Positions 41,112-48,449 of a DNA stretch of 64,000 nt are shown here, in pieces. The position numbers and the translations under genes were made by a program. The DNA is from Parcubacteria group bacterium (GTDB lineage Bacteria; Patescibacteriota; Minisyncoccia; Phycocordibacterales; Phycocordibacteraceae): positions 83,330-147,329 of the forward strand of contig JAQBRG010000003.1 in NCBI GenBank assembly GCA_028286615.1, in the 5' to 3' direction. Position 1 is the stretch's first letter. Every line of letters starts with the position of its first letter. A model generated the notes under the pieces. That model was not told the DNA's origin. It did no database searches and saw only the letters and a program-made list of their open reading frames with translations.

Positions 41112-41139
41112 GCTGGCAGACAGGGGCAGTATCGGGACT
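41112..41139 (+). repeat. Cassette repeat R4 (degenerate)
   Basis: GCTGGCAGACAGGGGCAGTATCGGGACT; mismatches mostly transitions. Confidence 0.7.
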
Positions 41140-41143
41140 TTTA

Positions 41144-41635
41144 TTACCATGGGCACAGGGGTGTTTCAGTGCCCGGAATAACTTCCTGACTCCCCCATAC
41201 GAGAGCGTGGGTCGACCAGAACTCCTTGCTCTGCTCGGATAAGTGGTCCCCTCCTGGAAATGAAGGTGTGTCCCGTCCAACAAATGCCGTATATAAATCA
41301 TACCCGCCCTCAGACTTTCGGAGTGCGATGGTAATCCAGCTTGTGGGGGTTGATTCTTTGCCTTTTACAAAGCGTGAGTAGATGCTGCGACGAGGACGCA
41401 AGGCATAAACAATCTCATCTCCTTCTACGGTCTCCACCAAGTCTGTTGTACCAATTATCTCTCCCAGGTCCTTCTCCACACGTATCCACTCCCCACCACC
41501 CTCAAGTGTGGGAATAATGTGCTCAACAACATCCAGCAGCTTTGGATGGTGTTTAAAATGCGTCATTGAGTGGGAAGTGTCTGTATCCAAATATACGTCC
41601 TCGCCATTTTTTGTCTTACTAATTAGCTTCCTCAT
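41144..41635 (-). CDS. Cassette 4: conserved hypothetical protein
   Basis: 163-aa ORF, LYTAFVG...P-FPG...FWSTHALVW. Confidence 0.75.
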   Translation of the reverse strand: MRKLISKTKNGEDVYLDTDTSHSMTHFKHHPKLLDVVEHIIPTLEGGGEWIRVEKDLGEIIGTTDLVETVEGDEIVYALRPRRSIYSRFVKGKESTPTSWITIALRKSEGGYDLYTAFVGRDTPSFPGGDHLSEQSKEFWSTHALVWGSQEVIPGTETPLCPW

Positions 41636-41657
41636 TGGGTGAAGTGTACCAAATATT

Positions 41658-41685
41658 GCCGGATGGCTGGGACGGTGTTGGAACC
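41658..41685 (+). repeat. Cassette repeat R5
   Basis: GCCGGATGGCTGGGACGGTGTTGGAACC. Confidence 0.85.
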
Positions 41686-41688
41686 TTT

Positions 41689-42354
41689 CTACGTATTCTC
41701 CGAGTTTCCAGATAGCGAAGCAAGGAGCACTGGCAATTCGTTTAATGACTGAATGTGATACTCCGCCTTTGTTATGTCTAATGTATTGAAATCAGGATTC
41801 AGAATACTCACCACCCTGATGCCGGCTCTTTGCGCTGCTTCGATACCACGCGGAGCATCCTCGACGACAATAGCTTGACCTGCAGATGCATTCATTCTTT
41901 TGAGAGCCGTTATGTAGCTATCAGGAGATGGCTTCGGCTCTTTATAATCTTCGCGGAAAATAATTGTCTTGAGCAGGTCTCTAATAGGACTATCCTTGTA
42001 TGACAGCTCAAACATTTCCTTCCGTGTATTTGTAACTACACATAAGTCATAGGTCTTTGCGAGTTCTGAAAGAACCTTTGGAGCAGAAGGCTCTGTCATG
42101 TTGCCAAGCTCCGCCTGCTTCCATTTCCTGTCCCGTTCTGCAGTAAACTTTTCTGCAATATTGCTGTCATATCCCTTACTCTTAAGCCAGCCGGATGAAC
42201 CCAAGCCTGTTAGGAACGTATGCTGAATAAAATCCTCACGCGTATATGTAATTCCTAACGATTCGAATACCTCCTGGTTTAATTCAAAGATAAAGCGTTC
42301 GGTATGCACTAACACGCCATCATTATCAAAAAGAATTGTTGTTATCTTGGCCAT
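41689..42354 (-). CDS. Cassette 5: HAD-superfamily phosphatase
   Basis: FDNDGVL, KPSPD, VEDAPRGIEAA. Confidence 0.9.
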   Translation of the reverse strand: MAKITTILFDNDGVLVHTERFIFELNQEVFESLGITYTREDFIQHTFLTGLGSSGWLKSKGYDSNIAEKFTAERDRKWKQAELGNMTEPSAPKVLSELAKTYDLCVVTNTRKEMFELSYKDSPIRDLLKTIIFREDYKEPKPSPDSYITALKRMNASAGQAIVVEDAPRGIEAAQRAGIRVVSILNPDFNTLDITKAEYHIQSLNELPVLLASLSGNSENT

Positions 42355-42381
42355 ATAAAAACTATAGCAGCTCTAAGTGTG

Positions 42382-42409
42382 GCTGGCAGTCTGGGACCAT
42401 GTTGGAACT
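42382..42409 (+). repeat. Cassette repeat R6
   Basis: GCTGGCAGTCTGGGACCATGTTGGAACT. Confidence 0.92.
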
Positions 42410-42412
42410 TAT

Positions 42413-43069
42413 TTAAATATCGAGATAGGTAATATCAGGAATAATCGTCTCAGCTCCTAAATCTTTCGCCTCCTCCTCTGTTAGCTGCCCCGTAAGGACA
42501 ACGATAGGCTGTACCTTTGCCGCTTGAGCCATGAGAACGTCGCCCTTGGCATCACCTACCATAACTGCCTCTTCAGGAAGGATAGTAAGTTCTTTCAGGA
42601 TTTTAAGAAGCAGGTCAGGATATGGCTTTCCACGTGAGGGATCAGGTAGCTCTGAACTTGAAGCTATAGTCGAAAAAATCCCCTCCATGTTAAAGCGCGG
42701 CAATATCTGTTCCCTAAGCAGCGTTCCGTTCATTCCCGTAGCGATGGCAAGTTGATACGTCTCTTTCAATTCTCTCAGCTTCTCGTCTGCGCCAGGGATG
42801 AGTTCTAATGCTGCAGAGAAGGTATTAGTGAAAATACATTGCTCATAGTATTCAGAGATACTATTTAGTAACGGATTCTTATCTCCTACAATGCTCGCGA
42901 TAACATCGCGGTGCGGCCTTCCCCAAAGTTCGCGCACCTTTGTGCGTATCTCATCAGGATCTTTCTCTACTCCCAAATGCTTTATGGCAGCGGTATAACA
43001 TGCGTAGTATCCCTCGGATGAGCCGCGCGTAATACAGTCGTCCCAATCGAGGACTACGAGTTTGATCAT
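42413..43069 (-). CDS. Cassette 6: HAD-superfamily hydrolase (phosphoglycolate phosphatase-like)
   Basis: LDWDDCI, GKPYPD, VMVGDAKGD. Confidence 0.9.
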   Translation of the reverse strand: MIKLVVLDWDDCITRGSSEGYYACYTAAIKHLGVEKDPDEIRTKVRELWGRPHRDVIASIVGDKNPLLNSISEYYEQCIFTNTFSAALELIPGADEKLRELKETYQLAIATGMNGTLLREQILPRFNMEGIFSTIASSSELPDPSRGKPYPDLLLKILKELTILPEEAVMVGDAKGDVLMAQAAKVQPIVVLTGQLTEEEAKDLGAETIIPDITYLDI

Positions 43070-43095
43070 GTGCGAAGTATATCAGCCGGAATATT

Positions 43096-43123
43096 GCTGG
43101 CAGTCTGGGACGATGTTGGAACC
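43096..43123 (+). repeat. Cassette repeat R7 (consensus)
   Basis: GCTGGCAGTCTGGGACGATGTTGGAACC. Confidence 0.95.
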
Positions 43124-43171
43124 TTTCTGCAACGTATGGTAGGTTCTGTCTAGGATAGAAGGAACCTGAAC

Positions 43172-43375
43172 ATGTGCAATGAAGTTGACTGCGTCATCCT
43201 TTGGCACTATTACGACGCCAACCATCAGCTCGTAAACTCGTCCAGCACCCATTTGACGGGTTCGATGGAGAATCTCAACGAACGCATACGGGAGGCTCAT
43301 GGGGAGACTACGGCTAACCAGCTCGCGGGAAAACCGTATTCGGTAGTCGCGCAGATCATTCCAAGTAGAGTTTAA
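43172..43375 (+). CDS. Cassette 7: hypothetical protein (67 aa)
   Basis: AAGGA RBS; terminator hairpin 43386-43428. Confidence 0.6.
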   Translation: MCNEVDCVILWHYYDANHQLVNSSSTHLTGSMENLNERIREAHGETTANQLAGKPYSVVAQIIPSRV

Positions 43376-43432
43376 ATTTGGGTATGCACCCAGCGGGAGT
43401 CATTCATCCGTTGGGTGCTTCTGTTTTTCGTT

Positions 43433-43460
43433 GCTGGCAGTCTGGGACGATGTTGGAACC
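43433..43460 (+). repeat. Cassette repeat R8 (consensus)
   Basis: GCTGGCAGTCTGGGACGATGTTGGAACC. Confidence 0.95.
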
Positions 43461-43508
43461 TCCCTGCAATTTATGCTAGGTTCTGTCTAGACAACAAAGG
43501 AGGTCATC

Positions 43509-43718
43509 GTGTCCAAGACACCAGCTACCAAGCCCATCAATCCAGCTGAAGTGCGAGCTGCCATCAAGAAACTGGCTGCCCATGGATTTCATGAACGTAT
43601 GCGCCAAGTGACTGGCGATCAAGCACATCGCATCTTGCCGGAAATCTGGCCTGTCATCGAGGAGATCTGTCTCATAGCTGACGCGTGCGAGGCCGAAATC
43701 ATCGAGGTGCAGGGTTAA
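43509..43718 (+). CDS. Cassette 8: hypothetical protein (69 aa)
   Basis: AAGGAGGT RBS, GTG start; terminator 43753-43796. Confidence 0.65.
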   Translation: MSKTPATKPINPAEVRAAIKKLAAHGFHERMRQVTGDQAHRILPEIWPVIEEICLIADACEAEIIEVQG

Positions 43719-43799
43719 GGTATCTGACACTCGCCCCAGTTTATAGATTCGCGACCGAACAAGGAAAGACCGTTCCTGTGTTCGGTCTTTTCTTTTGTT

Positions 43800-43827
43800 G
43801 CTGGCTGTGTGGGACGATGTTGGAACT
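43800..43827 (+). repeat. Cassette repeat R9
   Basis: GCTGGCTGTGTGGGACGATGTTGGAACT. Confidence 0.92.
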
Positions 43828-43962
43828 TTTATACTTGACAATTACTATCAATAGTAGTAAGATGCAGTTAATTCTAGTTCGTATGAGCTAGTCGTTCCGT
43901 TCGCGGGATAAGGAGGTTCGGTTCCTGCCTCATTCAAGGAACCATGTACTTTGGAGGGTCGT

Positions 43963-44271
43963 ATGACCACCATTTCCGCAACTATAACTGGTGGGCCGTC
44001 GAAGTTCGATTTGATGCTCGCGCTGTTTGACCGCAAGTCAATCAACACGCGAGATGTCGAGTTCAAGCTTGGTGGCCCCGGCAAGATTTCGGCGCTCGTC
44101 GTCATTGATGCCGTCGAAGCCCAAAATGCCTCCGGCGACTACTGGAGCTACAAGGGCCATGTGCGGAGAATGCTTCCGCACCAGAAAGATGGTGTTCCTC
44201 CCCCACCTCTAAAGGTTGAGGGCTCGTATCACACCACCGACCGGCAAGGTTCGATGCGAACCGTCGACTGA
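43963..44271 (+). CDS. Cassette 9: hypothetical protein
   Basis: TTGACA-N17-TAAGAT promoter, GGAGG RBS, downstream hairpin. Confidence 0.7.
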   Translation: MTTISATITGGPSKFDLMLALFDRKSINTRDVEFKLGGPGKISALVVIDAVEAQNASGDYWSYKGHVRRMLPHQKDGVPPPPLKVEGSYHTTDRQGSMRTVD

Positions 44272-44349
44272 CGAACATGGGCCCGGACGAGATTAACTTC
44301 TCGCTCCGGGCTCTAACTATTTCCCGTTTGCACACTTTTGATAGCACTT

Positions 44350-44377
44350 GCTGGCAGTCTGGGACGATATTGGAACC
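44350..44377 (+). repeat. Cassette repeat R10
   Basis: GCTGGCAGTCTGGGACGATATTGGAACC. Confidence 0.95.
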
Positions 44378-44387
44378 CTGTTTGCAT

Positions 44388-44792
44388 CTAATCTATAAGG
44401 TCTTTGGCCTTAAGGTCATCAAAAATGATTTGATCGACTGGAGAAGTAATATCTTTCTTTGAGTAATCAAACCAATCCATCAGCTCTACTTCGGCACTAG
44501 GTGTCAGATTGCCCGAATACTGTGCTTGATAACATGTCATGCGTACGACTGTTCCTTCAGGCTTTCCATGTGCCTGAGCCTCAAAAATGCCGTAGAGGAC
44601 AATAGTTGACGGGTCGATATCTACGTCCAGCTCCTCTTTCACTTCTCGAATTAGCGCTTGCTCATCAGTTTCTTGACCATCACGCTTTCCGCCTGGTATA
44701 TACCACGTATCTTTGCCCAGACTCTTAGTTTCAAGAACCTTTCTGTCTCGCAGCTCAATAAAGGCTAGCTTGTCGATGTATGTTTTCTCCAT
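44388..44792 (-). CDS. Cassette 10: NUDIX hydrolase
   Basis: PGGKRDGQETDEQALIREVKEEL Nudix box. Confidence 0.92.
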   Translation of the reverse strand: MEKTYIDKLAFIELRDRKVLETKSLGKDTWYIPGGKRDGQETDEQALIREVKEELDVDIDPSTIVLYGIFEAQAHGKPEGTVVRMTCYQAQYSGNLTPSAEVELMDWFDYSKKDITSPVDQIIFDDLKAKDLID

Positions 44793-44814
44793 GTCTTTAG
44801 ATTCTAACTTAAGT

Positions 44815-44842
44815 GCTGCGGGCATTGAGCGGGGTTAGAACT
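44815..44842 (+). repeat. Cassette repeat R11 (subtype B)
   Basis: GCTGCGGGCATTGAGCGGGGTTAGAACT. Confidence 0.75.
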
Positions 44843-45008
44843 AACTTACTCTCCGTACATTGACATATTCACTAAAAGTAAGTATCATGATGTCGGCTGT
44901 ATATTGAAACGCTAGTTGCGTTCACCGCAGCAGAAAGGGGCTTATGGCCCTTCCCTGCTGTGGTGAACCCATACCGGGAAGACTGCGGTATATGAGAAGG
45001 AGATTGTC

Positions 45009-45638
45009 ATGGCGGGAACCCCTGTCGACGGCGATCTGTTCTATGCAATAGACGGCAAACTGCACGAGCTTAAGGGGCAGACACGCCTCAAGAGTGGCTA
45101 TCCGTTCAATCCACGTCGATTGAACTGGATGCTCCAGCAGCTCATTGAGGGCAACTTCTGCTCCGAGCTGCTCGACTTCAAAATGGATCTGCTGCTCAAG
45201 GGTGCAGAACGCTTCCACGTCGCTGAACACTTCAAGCAAGCTGCATCGAAGGATGCAGAAGTCCAAATGGAGCAGACGCACATCTGCGACATCGAGACCG
45301 GCATGAGTGTGGACCCTGAGTGGCTTAACTACTTCGAGGAACATGTCCCAGACGTGGCCGCGAAACTCTTCCGGATCAAATCCATGGGTGCTCAGGCCGC
45401 TGTCACGTGGCGGGAACTCGAGGAATGCTACGGCGCAAGGCCGGTCCGGTTCGTTCACATCTACGACTTCCTGAGGCAGAAGATTCCCCTTTCAGGAGGT
45501 TATCTCACCTTCTTCGCAGAGAAGGACGGCAAGATGTGCACGGTTGTCGCCCAAAAGCTTTCTCGGGGGTGGCACATAATGGTCTATCCGGTCTATCTGG
45601 AACTTCTGAGTGAAACGTACATCATCGTAGCCGTCTAG
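45009..45638 (+). CDS. Cassette 11: hypothetical protein with structured leader
   Basis: TTGACA-N17-TATCAT promoter, AAGGAG RBS, 209-aa ORF. Confidence 0.72.
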   Translation: MAGTPVDGDLFYAIDGKLHELKGQTRLKSGYPFNPRRLNWMLQQLIEGNFCSELLDFKMDLLLKGAERFHVAEHFKQAASKDAEVQMEQTHICDIETGMSVDPEWLNYFEEHVPDVAAKLFRIKSMGAQAAVTWRELEECYGARPVRFVHIYDFLRQKIPLSGGYLTFFAEKDGKMCTVVAQKLSRGWHIMVYPVYLELLSETYIIVAV

Positions 45639-45757
45639 ACCGCAACTAGCGATCGCCCGCCATGTCCTCGGACCTTTGGCGGGTTTTCGTTTATATAAAA
45701 GTTCTAACTTCAATAATCCTTCGTCACAGAACCTCTTACTTAAGACGTTATTTGAGT

Positions 45758-45785
45758 GCTGCGGGAACTGAACGAGGTTAGAACT
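45758..45785 (+). repeat. Cassette repeat R12 (subtype B)
   Basis: GCTGCGGGAACTGAACGAGGTTAGAACT; overlaps the YbaK-family stop codon. Confidence 0.75.
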
Positions 45786-46311
45786 ATACTGCAGGGTTCG
45801 CCAGCCCTTCTACTACCTCGACATTCGACTGTGTCTTAAGAAAAGCAGTCGGGACAAGCAGTTTAGAAACTTGCTTCCCACCTCCGACAATAATCTTCTC
45901 TTTCTGCATTAACCGACTATCGATAAGCACTTTCCACGATTCTGGAAGGCCTACGGGGGTAATGCTTCCGTATTCCATGCCAGTTTCCTGTATGACCTCT
46001 TCCAAAGGGGCCATGGATACTTTCTTTGCGTTCAGTTTCTCGCAGACAAGACCGTTAAGGTCAGCGCGGTAGCCAACCGGAACAAGCACGGCAGCCATCA
46101 TTCTTTCTTCTCCCCTCTTTCCTTTCACAACTATGCAGTTTGCTCCGTCTTCAAGATTCACGTCATAGTGATCTGAAAGAGCACTTCCATTCATATACTG
46201 AGGGTCGATCTTCCCCACTAGCACCTCAGAATCCTTTACAACCGCATACACAGATTTGCTGACCAGTTCTGCGTGGTCTTTTACTGGCTGAAAATCGAGA
46301 TGTTCTTTCAT
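45784..46311 (-). CDS. Cassette 12: YbaK/EbsC family aminoacyl-tRNA deacylase-like protein
   Basis: ANCIVVKGKRG, TGMEYGSITPVGLP, IVGGG. Confidence 0.85.
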   Translation of the reverse strand: MKEHLDFQPVKDHAELVSKSVYAVVKDSEVLVGKIDPQYMNGSALSDHYDVNLEDGANCIVVKGKRGEERMMAAVLVPVGYRADLNGLVCEKLNAKKVSMAPLEEVIQETGMEYGSITPVGLPESWKVLIDSRLMQKEKIIVGGGKQVSKLLVPTAFLKTQSNVEVVEGLANPAV

Positions 46312-46387
46312 ATAGAAAGTGTACCAAGTTCTAATGTCCAAAACACCTGCGTCAGAAAACCCAATATTTAATACCTTTCCAAGCGAG

Positions 46388-46458
46388 CTGGGAGACTAGG
46401 GATCGAACCTAGATTCACGGCTTCAAAGGCCGCTGTCCTACCATTAGACGATCTCCCA
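46388..46458 (-). tRNA. tRNA-Gln(TTG)
   Basis: TGGGAGA TC GTCTAATGGTAGGAC A GCGGC CTTTGAA GCCGT GAAT CTAGG TTCGATC CCTAG TCTCCCA G. Confidence 0.96.
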
Positions 46459-46496
46459 ATATCTGTATCCTGCCTGAGAATTAGGGCGCGAGCAAG

Positions 46497-47417
46497 CTAC
46501 TCAATCGCACAAACCTCCCTTAGTGCAGCAATATCCTCAGTTGTTAATTTGAATTCGTTGCCAAGATCGTAGGAATACATAATTGAATCGGGATTTTCTA
46601 CATGGTCTAGACCAAGAGCGTGCCCGAATTCGTGCGCCAAAACACGCTTTAGTTCCGTTCGAGTTGAGAACTCGTAAATATTAATGCGCTCTCCTTCTGC
46701 GTCAGATACGTAGTTGCCTTGATCAAAGTCGTCTCCAACCGCCTTGTTGTATACGCTAACTTTGCTGTTAGTCCTCTGGGCAAGATTATTTAGTTCGTCA
46801 ACTATTACATTCAAGCGGTTGGCCATGGAATTAACTTGCGCAACCTGCCTATTCAACTGGTTTTGACGTGTCTCAAGGCGAGATCGCTGTTGCGCAAGCT
46901 CTTCGTACTTTCCTGGGGGTGCACCTCCCTGTTTGTTCCAGTACTCAACTTCTTTTTCATATGCTTTGTTGTCTGCATCAAACTTTGCAGCGGCTGCTTC
47001 GTACTGTGTTTTAAGCGCTGAGTATTCCTTTCTCAGAGACTCAACTTCAGCTTTCTTTGCATCATATGCAGACTGCTCGGTGCTAATGGCTTTGCCTAGC
47101 TCAACGGCCTGTTGATGCTCTCCGTAGATTAAGTTAACAGGCACCGTTCCCGTAGCAGCGTAGGTGACAACCGTTTTTCCAGCTGCGGTATTCCAAAGGT
47201 CCGCCGCTTCTTTGAGTGCGCTCTCATATTCAGTTTGGGAAATACCAAAGCGCTCGTCATACGCGCCTATCGAATACACCACAGGCTTGTCGCAAGGCTT
47301 GTTAAAGTACGCGAGTGAAGGAAAGAGATTGTAGTGTATGCCGGTATACGCAACCGCTCCGAGTATGGCTACCGGAAGCAAATACTGCGTAACTGGTTTA
47401 AATTTCTCTAATTTCAT
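46497..47417 (-). CDS. Matrixin (M10-like) zinc metalloprotease with coiled-coil insert
   Basis: HEFGHALGLDH...SIMY Met-turn; N-terminal TM. Confidence 0.88.
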   Translation of the reverse strand: MKLEKFKPVTQYLLPVAILGAVAYTGIHYNLFPSLAYFNKPCDKPVVYSIGAYDERFGISQTEYESALKEAADLWNTAAGKTVVTYAATGTVPVNLIYGEHQQAVELGKAISTEQSAYDAKKAEVESLRKEYSALKTQYEAAAAKFDADNKAYEKEVEYWNKQGGAPPGKYEELAQQRSRLETRQNQLNRQVAQVNSMANRLNVIVDELNNLAQRTNSKVSVYNKAVGDDFDQGNYVSDAEGERINIYEFSTRTELKRVLAHEFGHALGLDHVENPDSIMYSYDLGNEFKLTTEDIAALREVCAIE

Positions 47418-48445
47418 TCTGGAAATAGTTCGAGTGTTGCCAGTTCAAGAGGAAGAGCTGGAATAGGTGCGAAACGGATACGTGCAGCGGCATCAAGGAA
47501 GGCCGCGAGTGTCTTGTGCGTTAGAAGAGAATCTTTTGCACTTGCGAGTTCCTCAATCTCTTTAAAAGCATCCTCTCCCGCTTCCTCGGCAAGCTCCATC
47601 CTAAGCTCGGGAGCAAAGCGCACAAGAAGAACTACACGTAGGTATTCAAGAAGAAGTGAGAGGAAGAGCGTCATGTCTATGTTCTCTTCTGAGACATTGC
47701 GTATAGCAGTGAGTGCTTTTGCTTTGTCTCCTTCAGAAAGAGCTTTAGCGAGTGCGTACACTAGCTCGTGCTTTGGCGCACCCGTTGCAACCTCAGCTTC
47801 AGCACGCGTTAGCTTCTTGTTGTTAGAGGACGCTAGAGCTTTCTCAAGTACTGAGAGCGCATCTCTGTACGAGCCGTCTGCAAGGAGGGCAATGAGATCA
47901 GTTGCTGCGGGCTCAACGGAATACCCCTCTTTCTTTGCAGTCTCTGCTACGAGCTTTGCAAGACCTGCGCGGGTTGGCTTCTTGAGTTGAAAGACTTGGC
48001 AACGAGAGCGTACGGTCTCGGGCACCTTTTCTAATTCTGTCGTAGCGAGAATGAAGATGGCATGTGCAGGAGGTTCCTCAAGTGTCTTAAGAAACGCATT
48101 CCATGCGCCCTTAGAAAGCATGTGGGCCTCGTCCAGGATATAGACCTTGTACTTGGAAGAGAATGGAAGCGTGTATACCTGCTCGGTTAAATCCCGAATA
48201 GCATCAACACCGTTGTTAGACGCAGCGTCTATTTCAAAGAGATCGTTCTCTCCCGTTCCGAGCTCCCGAGCAAAGATACGGGCAATGGAGGTTTTTCCTA
48301 GACCTCGAGAACCTGCAAACAAGTACGCATGTCCAACCTTTCCTGTTGCTATCTGCTCTGCAAGCGGCTTTGTTACCTGCTCTTGCCCCATAACCTCAGC
48401 AAAGGTCTGGGGACGGTATGCACGATACAAAGACTGGTGCGCCAT
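47414..48445 (-). CDS. dnaX: DNA polymerase III subunit gamma/tau
   Basis: LYRAYRPQTF, GSRGLGKT, IDAASN, LDEAHML, LKTLEEPP, SRC. Confidence 0.95.
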   Translation of the reverse strand: MAHQSLYRAYRPQTFAEVMGQEQVTKPLAEQIATGKVGHAYLFAGSRGLGKTSIARIFARELGTGENDLFEIDAASNNGVDAIRDLTEQVYTLPFSSKYKVYILDEAHMLSKGAWNAFLKTLEEPPAHAIFILATTELEKVPETVRSRCQVFQLKKPTRAGLAKLVAETAKKEGYSVEPAATDLIALLADGSYRDALSVLEKALASSNNKKLTRAEAEVATGAPKHELVYALAKALSEGDKAKALTAIRNVSEENIDMTLFLSLLLEYLRVVLLVRFAPELRMELAEEAGEDAFKEIEELASAKDSLLTHKTLAAFLDAAARIRFAPIPALPLELATLELFPE

Positions 48446-48449
48446 ATGG

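Larger units (their letters stand above)
40189..46409 (+). mobile_element. tRNA-Gln-anchored array of 12 single-gene cassettes separated by a 28-bp att-like direct repeat
   Basis: Repeats at 40189, 40456, 40856, 41112, 41658, 42382, 43096, 43433, 43800, 44350, 44815 and 45758, with one ORF between consecutive copies; ends at the tRNA 3' end. Confidence 0.75.

Noticed and set aside
40189-45785. CRISPR array interpretation of the 28-bp repeats
   Set aside because: Spacers are about 230-920 bp and each holds a gene; repeats are degenerate; no cas genes in the window
40189-45785. Classical integron attC array
   Set aside because: R1-R10 have no inverted partner or long palindrome, the end motif GTTRGAAC does not fit GTTRRRY, cargo is on both strands, and there is no intI
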